The translations under genes and the position numbers were made by a program. Source: Octopus vulgaris (taxonomy: Eukaryota). From it: a DNA stretch of 64,000 nucleotides. The notes below the pieces were generated by a model. It searched no databases, was not told the DNA's origin, and saw nothing but the letters and a program-made list of their open reading frames with translations. This document shows positions 26,952 through 40,274 of the stretch, in pieces. The stretch spans positions 67,642,001 through 67,706,000 of the forward strand of contig OX597817.1 in NCBI GenBank assembly GCA_951406725.2. Direction: 5' to 3'. Numbering within the stretch: the stretch's first letter is position 1; every line of letters begins with the position of its first letter.

Positions 26952-27163
26952 GAGACATTAGCCACTACACACATTTTTTTCTCCTTGTTTTCTGTGTCCC
27001 TTTCTGTAGAAGAGCATTGGCTCGAAACGTAAAAGGCTTTTATCTATTCCTGAGTGTTATACTAATACATCTGTTTGTTTTGTACACCACCTGTCTTCGT
27101 CTTTTGTTGTTTTTTTTGTAAACTCTCCCCATATATACATATATATACATATACATACATACA

Positions 27164-27279
27164 CAGGGTGTCCCAAAAGTCACTGATGGGTTTCAGTTTT
27201 TAATAACTTCCTTAACTTTACAAATAAATGTATGAAATTTTGATACAATATAAAGGACATCATGTCCTTTATATTGTAT
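27164..27279 (+). mobile_element. Truncated Tc1/mariner-like terminus ending in a perfect hairpin
   Basis: cagggtgtcccaaaagt resembles a mariner/Tc1 TIR start next to (TACA)n. It ends at the palindrome atacaatataaaggacat-c-atgtcctttatattgtat. Confidence 0.55.
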
Positions 27280-27294
27280 TCATATATATATCGA

Positions 27295-27475
27295 AGACTA
27301 GGAAGGGCATCCAGCTGTAGAAACCCTGCCATATCAGATTGGAGCCTGGCACAGTCTACAGGCTTGCCAGTCCCCTGTCAAACCATCCAACCCATGCCAG
27401 TATGGAAAATGGACATTAAATGAGGATGGTGGTGGTGGTGGTGGTGGCAGTGGCGATGATGACGACAATGATGAT
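27295..27475 (+). mobile_element. SINE family C 3' part
   Basis: aggaagggcatccagctgtagaaaccctgcc...ccaacccatgccagtatggaaaatggacattaaa followed by a (GGT/GAT)n tail. Confidence 0.85.
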
Positions 27476-29879
27476 CATTGTTATTTATGTTAGGCAAGCT
27501 GGCAGGACTGTTAGCACACTGGACAAAAGTGCTTAGTGACATTTCATCTCTGTCTTCTGAGCTAAAGTTCCACCCTTGAATGAAAGTCGCCTTTCATCCT
27601 TTTGGGGTCTCTGAAATAAGTATCAGTGAGGTCGATATAATCAAACAGCCTAGCCTAATTTATGTTATTAACACTGGCTTAATAATAACAAAGTTATTTT
27701 ACTAAATTCTTTATTTTATTTCAAATTAATTAAAATAAACACAAGAATTTAACTGCAAAATATAAAATGGCTGACTGTTAGTAAGGAGAGACACGCAAAT
27801 AAGAAAGAAGAAAACAAAGGACCACTGATGAGGTCACAGAAGTGTGACGAAAGAACTCATGCCAAAATAAGATTAAGATTAATGTAAAAAAATAAATAAC
27901 GCTGAAGCAAAGTAACACCAAATATATAGTGCATGTGTTTTTATTGGCTAAACTGGCAAAATGACCATTCATGAATACAACAAACACAAGAAAATCTCAA
28001 CAAAAATATGGTAAGAAAAGTGTTTAAGTGATCTAGATTTAAACTTTAATCTATGTTCCAGCGAAATAAGGACAAAGTTATTTTACTTAATTATTTATTA
28101 TTTTCAAAATTAATTGAAACAATGGCAGAGCATTTCAACAGAAATATGCTTAAAATCAAAAGAGTTAAATTCATTACTGCTTTCTTGTTGGCAGTTTATC
28201 TTGTAACTTTACTTCTAATATATCCTTTGAATAAATACTGCTTATGTTGATTTACTACTTGCAATTCCATTTTAAGTTTTTATATCTAGTTTTCATTGAC
28301 ATAGTTTATGATGGTCAACTAAGTACTCCTACTTATATATTTAATCCAAATAACATTTGTTTGTATATGCCTACTATGCATACTACTTCATTTTAAATAT
28401 TTTGTGGCCTCTATAATCCCACAGCTACCATTAAATTCAAGCCCACAACAGTAGCTCATTCTTATCGTGTAAATATACTTCTGTTAAGCTATTATAAAAT
28501 ATTGGATTTTTCTCTCAAAATTCAGAACATGTTTTAGCAATTGTTACATACTTCTCAAACGGGATTGAAACTACACTGAGGTCATGAGAAAGTATGTTTA
28601 GTTATTGTTATGTTTCGAAAAATATTTAAAGGCTTAAAAATAGATATGGTGATTTTTATTTATTTATTTATGTATTTCTCTCTTACTGATTGTGGCCAAT
28701 GCTGGGGTACTTGCTTTCAAGGGTTTACTAAGTTCATCAAACCAACTCTGGCCTTTATTTCCATCTGATGCTTATATTACCAAATGATTAAATTTGTATG
28801 TGTATGTGTGTATATACACACTGTTTTCGTGTAGTTTCTGACAATTGATTTCCACCCATAAGACTGGTCAATTAGAATTAATTGCCTGTATTGGAAGATA
28901 TCTGGAAATAATTTGCCAATTTAAGAAATACATTAAAACCTCAGTTTTCTAAGTAAGTTTGTTAAATATTGGAATATTACAAAATAGTGACGTATTGGTG
29001 ACTGTATTTTCCTAATTTTTCTCTCATACTACCCATTCTTAAGACCAGTTTTTATTTTCTAAATATATATTTTTTCACATATTGCTTATTTTTTTAGTTA
29101 TCTGAACTAAAAATATTTAATGTTTTTTTGTTTTTTTTGGCAAATAAGATTCCTTATTAAGAGTCCAGCTTTTTGCCATGTGAAACTGAAGGTGGTATTT
29201 TCGACTTCATGGATAATTACTTGAAATAAGATTCAATTAACTTTATAGTGTTTGTTTCAAACACAATAAAGTGAATATTTATAGCTGGATTGTTCTGCTC
29301 ATATGTAGGTGTGATGTTAGTAACAGGTGAAAACACATAATGAGGTTATATATAGATACATTTTACGCACAGAAAATGTATAATATAAACATGCACATGT
29401 AATAACAGTAACTGGAAGTTAACAACAACTGCACTAACAAATGAAACACTCAGCCCAGCTCACGTTAACTCATTAAGATTTTTTTTTTCTATCACATTAT
29501 TCCATACTATTTTCTTTTACATAATTATTCCTATTGCTTTTAGCCAAACTCAACTAGCTCCAAATGAACCTTAAGTACACAATAAGAACTAACTGGTCAT
29601 GAGCAAGTGGTGAAGTGCCTACACGGTTATTGTATTTGCTAGAAAGAGAAGCCAAATCTCATTCAAACACTCCCCAGTATCTTAAAAATGACACCTTGGT
29701 TAATATAGTCTGGTGTACATAATACTTGAAAGGTGAGTGGAATAATTGTTGTTAGAACATATTTAGGCACAGTCTGCTTTCGCAAGTGATTAAGGCCGAC
29801 TGATATGGGTTTAAATGAAGTCAATCTTCTGACTATAACAACTATCAGCTATATATGTGTGTGTGTGTGTGTGTATAAA

Positions 29880-30045
29880 ATAGGCACAGGTGTGGCTGTA
29901 TGGTAAGAAGCTTGTATCCCAATCACAAGCTTCCAGGTTCAGGCCCACTGTGTGGTACTTTGGGCAAGTGTCTTCTACTATAGTCTCAGGCTGACCTAAG
30001 CCTTGTGAGTGGATTTGGTAGACAGGCACTGAAAGAAGCCTTTTA
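29880..30045 (+). mobile_element. SINE family A 5' half
   Basis: Matches 50841-51000. Confidence 0.85.
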
Positions 30046-30921
30046 TATATATATATATCATCATCATCATCATCATCATATATATATATATAATTTGTGT
30101 GCATGTATCTGTGTTTCTCCACCTTGTCTGCCGAACAGGAACATGAAACTGAGTAGCAGTTTTTTGTGACACTTTTGTAATGTTTTTGCAGCTTTAATAA
30201 TATTAAATTTTATATATATATATATATACACACACGCAAACACACACATATATTGACCCGATTTTATTGAATTTGAAAAGTTATCTAGATTTAAAAATAA
30301 AAAATTTTAGAATTAGCTGTTCTGTTGAAAACAGAAGTACTCTTTCTCTCTCATCTCCCCCACCACCACCACCACCACCAAGATGGTCTCTATGTTATTT
30401 ATGATCAATATTTGAGAAATAATACTCAATATTAGATGACAAATGTATTCACTTTCTAATATTGAGAATTTAAGAAACAGTTAAGATACTGACCAAATAA
30501 AAACTGCTGATCTATATGTGTACAGGGTTTAAAACAGCATTTTGGACTCGACATGCTCTGAAGTTGATGAAGAGACTAGAGAACAAACACCTTCGATTAG
30601 ATGACTGGGTCACATTTTAGAGATTCTGTGCCTTGCAGACAAAATGATAATCATTTGTAAGGAGACATAAAGACATACTGAGCTGTTCCACATTCCTTGA
30701 TCTGTCATGTTTATTTTAACTTTAAACAGATAATTAATTATTAATTGATGTTGGACCCCAAATTAATTTTATTTCTAATTTGGTCTGATCTTTTAATTAA
30801 TTATTATTATTATTATTATTACATGATGATGGCCAAACTTCAATGAACTCTTGGCCTCAGGCATTTGCCATCTTTTGTCAGTCTGGTCCTACCATTTATT
30901 CCATTGTGTAAGATCTTACAT

Positions 30922-30991
30922 AATCTACTTCAGAAAGCAGTGTTGGGCAGCCACATCTGTAGCTGCCCAACACTGCTTTCTAAAGTAGGTT
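30922..30991. repeat. Near-perfect 70-nt hairpin (30-bp arms, 28/30 match, 10-nt loop)
   Basis: aatctacttcagaaagcagtgttgggcagc-cacatctgta-gctgcccaacactgctttctaaagtaggtt. Confidence 0.9.
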
Positions 30992-31619
30992 CTACTGGAA
31001 GTCATTCATTTCTTATCTTTTAATCAAGGTGTTTTCTGCTTGTGCTGAGCACTCATGCATCATCTTTGTCCAAATCACTTCCAGCTGTTTAGCTAAACCA
31101 AACTCTGTACTGGAACTTGATAATGATAATGGTGTTGGTGGTGGTGGTGGCAGTGATGGAGAGAATATCGTGCAACAGCTGTAGTGATGCAACTGTTTCG
31201 CCATTACTATAAACAAAATTGGCACAGATGCTGTTGGAAGAAACGTAAAGTAGATTAAATCACTGGTATTCTTTGTTCAACAATATGACATCCATTATTA
31301 TACAATCAAGACAGCTTATCTAGCAAACAAGAACTCAAACACATACCCACATACCATCCTCACACTCTTCTTCATCATCATCCACCACAACCATTATCAC
31401 CTAAATAGAATGACTTATCAATTTCTTCAGGTGGGGGTGGGTGGGCAATGTAGTATTTGTGTGGCCTTTATTTTATAATCAAACTATTTTGGACCAAAAC
31501 CTGTAAATTCTATTCCACCCTTCAGCATTTAAACTGGCCATATCTGTCATTTTAAAAATTATCAAATCACATCATTGAAATCTCAAAGCTACAAGATATG
31601 CATGACTAATTCAAAACAA

Positions 31620-31760
31620 TCATCATCATTTAATATCTGTTTTCCATGCCGGCATAGTTTGGACAGTTTGACAGCAGCTGGCAAGCTGGAGGACTGCCCC
31701 AGGCTCCGGTCATCTGTTTTGAAATGGTTTCTACAGCTGGATGCCTTTCCTAATGCAACT
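31620..31760 (-). mobile_element. SINE family C 3' part
   Basis: (CAT)n, then tttccatgccggcatagtttggacagtttgac...ctacagctggatgcctttcctaatgc. Confidence 0.75.
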
Positions 31761-31929
31761 TGTGTTGTAATCTCAGTCAGGAATGTTATGGTGCCTTGCT
31801 CATGAGTACAGAAGATTTGAACTTGAGACCATGCAGTCCAGTTCTTGTCCTTGAACTAATAAAGCATTTATCAATCACCAACTTTCTACTCTTATTCTTT
31901 ATTAAATCTCAGAAAAGAAATAAAATGTA

Positions 31930-31955
31930 TCTCTATCTATCTATCTATCTATCTA

Positions 31956-32021
<66 letters not shown>
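31930..32021. repeat. (TCTA)n + (TA)n microsatellite
   Basis: Directly visible. Confidence 0.95.
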
Positions 32022-32023
<2 letters not shown>

Positions 32024-32714
32024 GGTTAAATTTAAATTGATTCCTCTCACTTCCATTGTAAGTTTCTTTTTATGCTCTTTTAAAAATTTTATAAGCATTT
32101 CTTTACATACTTCCTTTTATATAAAAATCTTTATCTATCTACTCCACTGCACATAACACTCGACATGTTATCACATGCAGTTACAACAACACACATGCAT
32201 ACATATACACACTGCTCACTTGAGCTCTTGTAATAAACTTATATTAAGGACACTCTTTAAATGTTAGTATATAAAAGCAATAAAAACCTATTGCTATTAG
32301 AATAAGGTATTTTGATTCTTTATATGGTTTTAAATAAAATATGTATTTGTGTACACGTACACACACACATATATATGTCTGTGCATACAAATGCATCTTT
32401 ATAATTCCAGAACCATAGCGTTGGCCCAGTCTTTTTAGGGCTGCTTTCTTTTTATCTCAAAGAAATATCTTGTATACAGATTATAAGAAGAATTTCCATC
32501 TGGTGCAACATCTGTTATATTCAATGTTTACAAAGTTAGAAATAGCCTACTCCAGTTATATTGTTTTTGTAGTTTATTAACCTGGTTGGTCTATTTGTTT
32601 CTCTGTGATTGCAGTAGGTGATAATTCTTTTGCAGTTACTCACAATGTCTTAACTTGGCAGACTGTATATGATACTACTGCAGATGACTCACAGCAAATA
32701 TGTATATACACATA

Positions 32715-32756
<42 letters not shown>

Positions 32757-32894
32757 ATTCAGTGAAGATTCATTGATAGGTAAACTCGTGACTGAAATCA
32801 TAAATGTTTCTTTTCAATTTATAGTTTATAACTTCAATATTGTTAATAAACAAGATTGTTGTTATTATTATTATTATTATTATTTTTATTATAA

Positions 32895-33140
32895 AGGCAG
32901 CAAGTTGGCAGAGTCAATACCATGCCAGACAAAATGCTTAGTAGTATTTCTTTGAGCTCTTTACATTCTACTTTCAAATTCTGCCACGGTTGACTTTGCC
33001 CTTCATCTACATAAGGTTGATAAAATAATAAGGATTGATAAATTAAGTACCAGTGAAACACTGGGGGGGGGGGGTCGATGTAATTGACTTGTCTCCTCCC
33101 CCAGAATTTCAAGCCTTGTGCCTTTAGTAGAAAGGATTAT
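32895..33140 (+). mobile_element. SINE family B copy
   Basis: Matches 34600-34810, with a small internal duplication of gttgataaa. Confidence 0.85.
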
Positions 33141-33522
33141 CATTATTGTTATTATTATTACTGTTCAAATATACTGCCATTATTTCAATTAATTTTGAAA
33201 TTATTGATGAATTTAGGAAATAATTTTGTCATTAATAAACTAGTGTTTGGAACAGATACACACAAAATTTTGATGGAAGGTTTTGGTCTAAGACACTTTA
33301 AAACAAGATGTTTGTGATCAGGGACAGTTTCATGTGTACTGATATTAAAAGGGTAAATCTTAGTTTGGAATTTTGACATGTTGATTACATCAACCTCAGC
33401 AGAATTTGAACTCAGATGAAATACTGCTAAGCATTTTGCCAGGCATGCTAACAATTCTGCTAGCTTGCCACCCTAAAAGGGTTAAATATTGCAAATGTAT
33501 TCTAAGTCTCTCTCTTCCTTAA

Positions 33523-33947
33523 CCTGTTAACTGCAAAATTAAATTTCATTAAAAGTACCATTTGAGTGTGACCGTCACCAGTACCACCTGACTGGCCCTC
33601 GTGCTGGTGACATGTAAAAGCACCCACTACACTCTTGGAATAGTTGGCATTAGGAAGGCCATCCAGCTGTAGAAACTCTGCCAGATCAGATTGGAGCCTG
33701 GTGCAGCCATATAGCTCTCCAGTCCTCAGTCAAACCGTCCAACCCATGCCAGCATGGAAAGCGGACATTAAACGATGATGATGATGATTCTAGTAATATC
33801 TACCAAAAAATAAAATTGGTATTTTCTGTAAGTCACATTGCCTCAGTAAACTTGAGATATCTCAACAACATTAGCCTCAAAGATGACATTCCCTAACAAA
33901 AGATAGACGGGTATAAAAAAGAAAAACTGATTTTGGCAGTGAAAGGG
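33523..33947. mobile_element. TTAA-flanked piggyBac-like MITE (family 2) interrupted by a SINE family C insertion at ~33560-33788
   Basis: ttaa|cctgttaactgcaaaa ... ttttggcagtgaaaggg|ttaa. Internal taaacttgagatatctca is shared with 42597-42860. Confidence 0.7.
33560..33788 (+). mobile_element. SINE family C, best-preserved copy; the 3' end is probably LINE-derived
   Basis: gttggcattaggaaggccatccagctgtagaaactctgccagatcagattggagcctggtgcagcc...aaaccgtccaacccatgccagcatggaaagcggacattaaacgatgatgatgatgat. Confidence 0.85.
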
Positions 33948-34599
33948 TTAAATTAAAATTGGTAAAAAGGAAATGTTATTTCATTTGAATATTTACATTA
34001 TGGAAACAAGAAAAAAAATTTCATTAATTGATTGATTAATTTTGAACTATATTCTTTTATCAAGTCTGCGAGATAAAATGTTTGCAAAATTTCCTTCATT
34101 GTCCCTTAATGGTATTTCACATAATTCATGCCAAAGTGAAGAATTATTGAACAGTCTTTGAAACTTAATTGAGTGTTTCCACCATCACGCTTCCTCTACT
34201 GTTTGATTACTTCAGCTGAATGTATTATAAACTTCTTAAGTGATGACAGTTATGTAAAGTGGCTGTTACTGACCTCCTCATTATCCCATTAGTACATTTA
34301 GTAGTGTCACTTAACAATAATTTGGGGTGGGCTGTCTATTTGTTAATGACTGTGATTTAGACTTTGTTTTCTTTTTTTTCTTTTTCGTTTTGTTTCTTTT
34401 CTTTTTTCTTTGTCTTTACTCAGTGTCAACAATAATGTTAGATTTACTACTAGACTTGCCTGCAGTGCCTTATTTCACTTTCATCTTTAACTACTTCCTA
34501 GAAAATTCTTTGGTTAATGAGTATTTTTGTTTGTTTCTGCAAAAAAAAAAAAAAAAGGACTTCAGTTGTTTTTTTTGTTGTTGTTGTTGTTGTTTGCTA

Positions 34600-34835
34600 G
34601 GCAGTGAGCTGGCAGAATTGTTAGCACACTGGGTGAAATGCTTGGTAGTGTTTCATCTGTCTTCGTGTTCTGAGTTCAAATTCTGCCAAGGTTGACTTTG
34701 CCTTTCATCCTTTTGGGGTTGATAAATTAAGTACCAGTGAAACACTAGGGTCGATGTAATTGATAGTCTCCTCCCCGCAAATTTCAGGCCTTGTGCCTCC
34801 AGTAGAAACAATTATTATTATCATTATTATTATTA
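34600..34835 (+). mobile_element. SINE family B, well-preserved full-length copy
   Basis: ggcagtgagctggcagaattgttagcac...gttctgagttcaaattctgcc...gcctttcatccttttggggttgataaattaagtaccag...(ATT)n tail. Confidence 0.9.
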
Positions 34836-35195
34836 TCCTCAGCAGTGGCATGGTTTATGATTGCATACATTAAAAATATGTTTAAACCTACCAATGTTGA
34901 TTCTTCCAGCAAAAGATCCTGTGTGTTGTTAAATAATGAAGATGTTTACAGACACAATTTTAGTTGGTTTCACATATAAATTTCGCATATAGAATGCATG
35001 TCAAGCACAAATCTGATATAGCTTAATTTGAACTCATCATTTTATTGGTTTTAAACATTGATACTTTTGGTTCCTTATAAAAATGATAAGCAGAAATAGC
35101 TTCAGATAAGAACCTGTAATTCCATATAGCAGTTACCTTTCAGCAGTTTACATAAATCAACTAGGCACAATAACAAATATATGTACAGTATATTA

Positions 35196-35400
35196 GTTTT
35201 AAATTTTGGCACAAGGCCAGGAATCTCGGGGAAGGGGATAAGTCAATTACATTGACCACAGTACTCAACTGGTACTTATTTTATTAATCCTGAAAGGATG
35301 AAAGCCAAAGTCAACCTTGGCAGAATTTGAACTCAGAACATAAGGATGGATGAAATGCTGCTAAGCATTTTGTCTGTACTAAGCACCAGCTCACCACCTT
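35196..35400 (-). mobile_element. SINE family B copy, inverted relative to 34600-34835
   Basis: Reverse complement match. Confidence 0.85.
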
Positions 35401-36285
35401 ATGTGTGCAGTATTGATGTGTGTGTGTGTGAAAGAGTGTCCGTCTCTCCTTGCCTTGACATTGCTTGATAGTTACAAATGATTGTCGTTGTCATACAAGC
35501 AGTGTCGTTCATTTCCAATGCCCTGCAAGAACATTTCTGAATGGGGAAATCACTTGGCTAGAGCACCTGGTCATAGATCTGCCTCTGATTTACACCATCT
35601 AACTTATGAAAGCATGGAAATGAATGTCAAAATGATGATGACGACAACAACGATGATGGTGCTTTGTATATTAAACCATTAAACTATGAAATTAGGCATG
35701 TCAAACTGTCCAACCCATGTCAGCATGGAAGATGGACATTAACTGATGTTGATGATGATGATGATGATGATAAACAGAACACTAATATATGCATCACAAG
35801 CAAACATGTACATGCATGTGTACACGCATTCCAAATTCACTCCTAATGGTATTGATGAACTTGAGCCCAGGGTACCATGTACAAGAATCCTAACTAGAGC
35901 TACAGGGTTGTGTGAATATGTTTCATTGTGTTTATGTATGTATTTATATTCAGTATTCAGTAACACATGGCGTCAATCTATTGATATTGATGCAAGCCTG
36001 CTTGCCCTATAAGGTGCATCTACTGGGTTCATCTGTAGTGTGTATGTATACATATCTGAACATTTTGACTAAATTTGAAAATAATGAAGAATTTAGGAAG
36101 ATGATTTTGTCATTATTAAATTGCTGTTTAGAACATAAATTAACATGAGATTTTGGTGAATGGTTTTTAAAAGATTTCCCACGTGTTTTCATTCAGCTCA
36201 CTTTAAAACAGAGCTTGTATCATAGAACCAGAGATGGTCACAGGCAGGTTGGTACCAAAATGGTACCCACTTTTGATAATTAGTA

Positions 36286-36351
36286 AATGACTTCATTTCA
36301 CTAGTTAGAATTCAACATAATGACTTCATTTCACTCGTTAGAATTCAACAT
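36286..36351. repeat. 33-bp tandem duplication (1 mismatch)
   Basis: aatgacttcatttcact(a/c)gttagaattcaacat x2. Confidence 0.95.
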
Positions 36352-36574
36352 AATTTTCTGCACTAAAATGGTTATTCTAATCCATTCGTATAATCCGGTT
36401 TATGGAAATGTAAAGAAATTCACTGACGTAGGTTCTTGATAAATATATGTGAAAGTGAGTGAGTGTGTGTGTGTGTAAGCATTTCTAATTAGATTTGGGA
36501 AAAAATAGGAAGATTTTCTTACGTTGTACAAAGAATATTTGATTCAAGCTTGGTAAATCCAGTAAAAATATGCA

Positions 36575-36598
36575 TGCATGTGTGTGTGTGTGTATATG

Positions 36599-36681
<83 letters not shown>

Positions 36682-36745
36682 ATGTATATATATGTGTATA
36701 TATATATATGTGTATATATATATATGTATATGTGTGTATATATAT
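36575..36745. repeat. Compound (TG)n/(TA)n microsatellite
   Basis: Directly visible; explains four overlapping YI-repeat ORFs. Confidence 0.95.
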
Positions 36746-39034
36746 GAGACTCCCATTATTTATCTGCTGAATCATGTTACTCAGATTCTTTGTTCTACTT
36801 TTTTCAGTTTGGACTCTCTATAAAACAAAAAACAAAAAGAAAATAATGTCTTAACATCTAAAAGATAATCTTTTTTTCTTTGTTTTTCTATTCTACCATC
36901 TTTTCCGATTAGTGTAACGTAGTTTCTTCTGAGATGCCAATTTTGAAAACCAGTTCTCTGAGACAGTTAAACGAGTTGCCAGAATTGCTCCTTAATTCTT
37001 TCTGCTACTCTTTTTTTTTTCTTTTTTCTTTTCTTAATGCAGGCCAGTTATTTTATTTTGGTATCCTGCCAAATTTCCCCTGCTAGAAAATTTGGTACAT
37101 AGGAACTAAATATTAGTGATGCTTCCTGGATTGTAATTATACTTACTTCCATGCTTACTACACTTTTCTGTTTTTCTCTTCAACTATTTTCCAACCCAGC
37201 AGTGATGTTCATTGTGAAACTTCTCATTCTCTAACTCAATTGTTATTCACTGTATCAGTTTTAGCATTATAGTCTTCTTGGAATCTGGATCTCGTTCTTA
37301 TATTAGTTCAGGAAAAATCTATTAGCGACAAAGAAAAGAGAAAAGGAGCCTATACCAACATGCAGTGATCATAGGTTTGCTTAAGTGATGTTTTGCATTT
37401 AATTCACTGAGTTTATTCAGAAATTTTCTTGACTATTTGTCAGGAGAAATAAAAATATTCATTATTCTGTTAGTAATTATGATTAGTCAATAGATGTGGG
37501 TGTTTAGATTAGATTTTAGTAATATGTAGAATTGGATAGTACATCTGTCCTCGTTATCACAGGAATTTGGTTCCAAAACAACACAGTAACAAATAAATCT
37601 GTGATGAATGAATCATCTTTTTTTTTTTTAAAGAAGCTAATAGTAAATTCATTAACATCAAACCCCACAGTCACAAGCATTCATTCACTGTCACTTATCT
37701 TATTTTCTTGAGTATCTCTAACTTTTCCTGTAAAGGTTACACTTATCTGCATCATTCATATTTTTTCTGTTCACCAGTCCCATATTGACAGATAAAAGTG
37801 CGTAAGTCTGTACAAGATATGTGCTGCCTAAAGAGCATGGACATCTAAACGCAAGTAATGACCAGTGCATTCTGGGTAGCTAAGCATTGTGTGCAGTCAC
37901 CAGAGTGTTTTCTCAGTATATGCAGAATGTTTTAAGTGATCACTGACTTGTGTGACTATAGATCAATTTGTGGTAAGTGAAATATGGTTTGCAATTGTGC
38001 ATAATGTTTTATCCCTGATCAGTGATAAATAGATTAATGATGAGAAAAGCTACATGTATTTAATTTCATCAGTTTATATTCTGAGTTCAAATCTTACTCA
38101 GTTTCACTGTCTTTTACTCTGTTCTGGGGTAAATAAAATTAAAATCTGAAAGAATGTTTTCTTTGTTAGTAAATATATGTTCAGTTGTTTGTTTTATGTC
38201 CATTTTCCCATGCTGCATGGGTTGGACAAACATTGTTTTTTTACAACTGGATGCTCTCCCTGACACTAACACTCGTTTTTTTAAGCTAGAGAGTTTTTCA
38301 TGCCACAAGTACATTTGTTGACCAGGTTATGACAACAAACATCAGCTCAGCACAGAATGTAAACAATCATATACATATGCACACACACACACACACATTA
38401 ATACATATGCCTGCATTCATATACATACACGTTTCCATCGCTCACAAGACATAAGCTGACCCCAAAATGTTGCACATTCATGCTTATGTATGAAATAAAA
38501 AAAAAAAAGAAAAATATTTTATTAAATGGCTGTCTGAGATGAATTATTTTCAAAGATTATAAGTTGCGGAGTTGTTAATCTCATGCATTGTATTCCCCCA
38601 TCCTCACCTCTTCCATCAAGTCAACCTGGTTCCAGTGGACTATCCTATCTTTATGCTCAGATATATCTTGGGTTATACATTTACTATGTATTTTTGTAAT
38701 GTGGAAGGATGTAATTTGGTAATTATTTCTTATAGGTCTGGTGACTATGTGAAGACTTCTTTTTTTTTTTATTGTATCTCGTGTCAAAAGTATGGGTGTT
38801 AATGACCATTTTTTGTATCATCAAGAAATACTCACATCAGCTCAAGAAGATCCTGACTTTAGCTTAAATTGATGTATAAATCTATCTAGGTGATATAAAA
38901 ATGTTTGAGGTTAGATAGCTAATGTATAAAGTGCTTTAAATTTAAGTTGGATTTAAAATGTAAACTTTGGAAAATAGCTGAAACAGTAGAATCCACAGAA
39001 AACAACGATTGTCTATTTTGGTAAATGATAAATA

Positions 39035-39800
39035 CTAGCGGGACCTGTGAATATTTCACGGAATTGATGATAAACCTATTGGGTTATTTCTGAAAACTTT
39101 ATCCTAAAAACCTGAAAGTATAGCCTGTGTTGTGTCTGTATCAAAGATAGTCGCTCATGGCACTAATGAAATAAATATTCACTCTTATTTTTCCATTTTT
39201 CCCATTAACAAAAAAAAAATCATTTTAAAATTTACATGGTCATAATTTTGTATCTAAAACACAAAAATTTTAAACTACAAAAAATTAATTTTAGATGTAA
39301 AATATAGGGGTCACAATTTCACAAGGGTAAAAATTTAATGCAACATGGCATACTTTGAAAACCACATCATTGGTATCATATAAGCCAAGACAATGTGTCA
39401 GAGCCAATACGCATTTCAATTCACCACCATCATCATCTCTCTCTGCCTTTCTTTAACCTCACCATCAGAACATCACCCCTCTGCTGAAGTTGCATTTCTA
39501 ACTCTCCTCTATATCACTACCTTCAACTAACTTTTTTAACCACATAATAGATATTGCATTCCCCCGCCTCACATCATGGATGCTTTTCTCTCTCTGTCTT
39601 TCTCTTTCTCCCTCTTCACCTCATCCTTTTTTCTCTCTCCCTCTTGTTCTCTCTTTCTCTTCAACTAATCTCGTAAAAGCATTACCTCATCCTCATCCAT
39701 GAACATTTTTCTCTTGCTCTTTGCCTCTCCCTTCAACTAATTACATGAAGGTGTTATAGACTGTCTGAGTAATGTATGAACGAGCAGAATTATTATAAGA
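39035..39800 (-). mobile_element. Non-autonomous Helitron
   Basis: On the - strand the 5' end is A|TCTTATAATAA (39801|39800). The 3' end has the hairpin CCGTGAAATATTCACAG (39061-39045) followed by gtcccgCTAG|T (39038-39035|39034). It sits at an A|T site with no TSD and has an internal CT-rich tract. Confidence 0.75.
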
Positions 39801-40274
39801 TTTAAAAAATCAACATAGAATAAATTTGCCATGTTGAAGAGGAAAATCTGGTTAAACAAACCAAGTTTTCCTTGGTAGTTATATTATTCTTGACATTGAT
39901 GTTGGGGCCTTACAGATAAGATGGTACATGATTAAGATGAATGAAAGAATTTGTGGAGCCCTGTAGACCTATCCCAATCATTATCAGCATGACAAGAGAA
40001 GTCATTGAAATAATAATGATATTCATGTTGATGTTGTGTTGCATTTTTCTTTTATAATAACAGAATATTTATGTTATGATTCTGGATTAATATTGCATTA
40101 ACTGTGAGAAATATCCTGGAAGCCTATCAGCTGTCTCTTCTCCCATAGCTGCTAGTTCTTTCCTTCTGTTTCATGTTTTTTTTTTTTTTTTTTTTTTCTT
40201 TACTGAAATGTAAAATCTTTCCATTAAGCTTTATTCTTAATGTGCTTTCGTTTTCTTCTCTTCTCACAATCTAG

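Noticed and set aside
36544-36823. Four overlapping YI/CV-rich ORFs
   Set aside because: Dinucleotide microsatellite translation.
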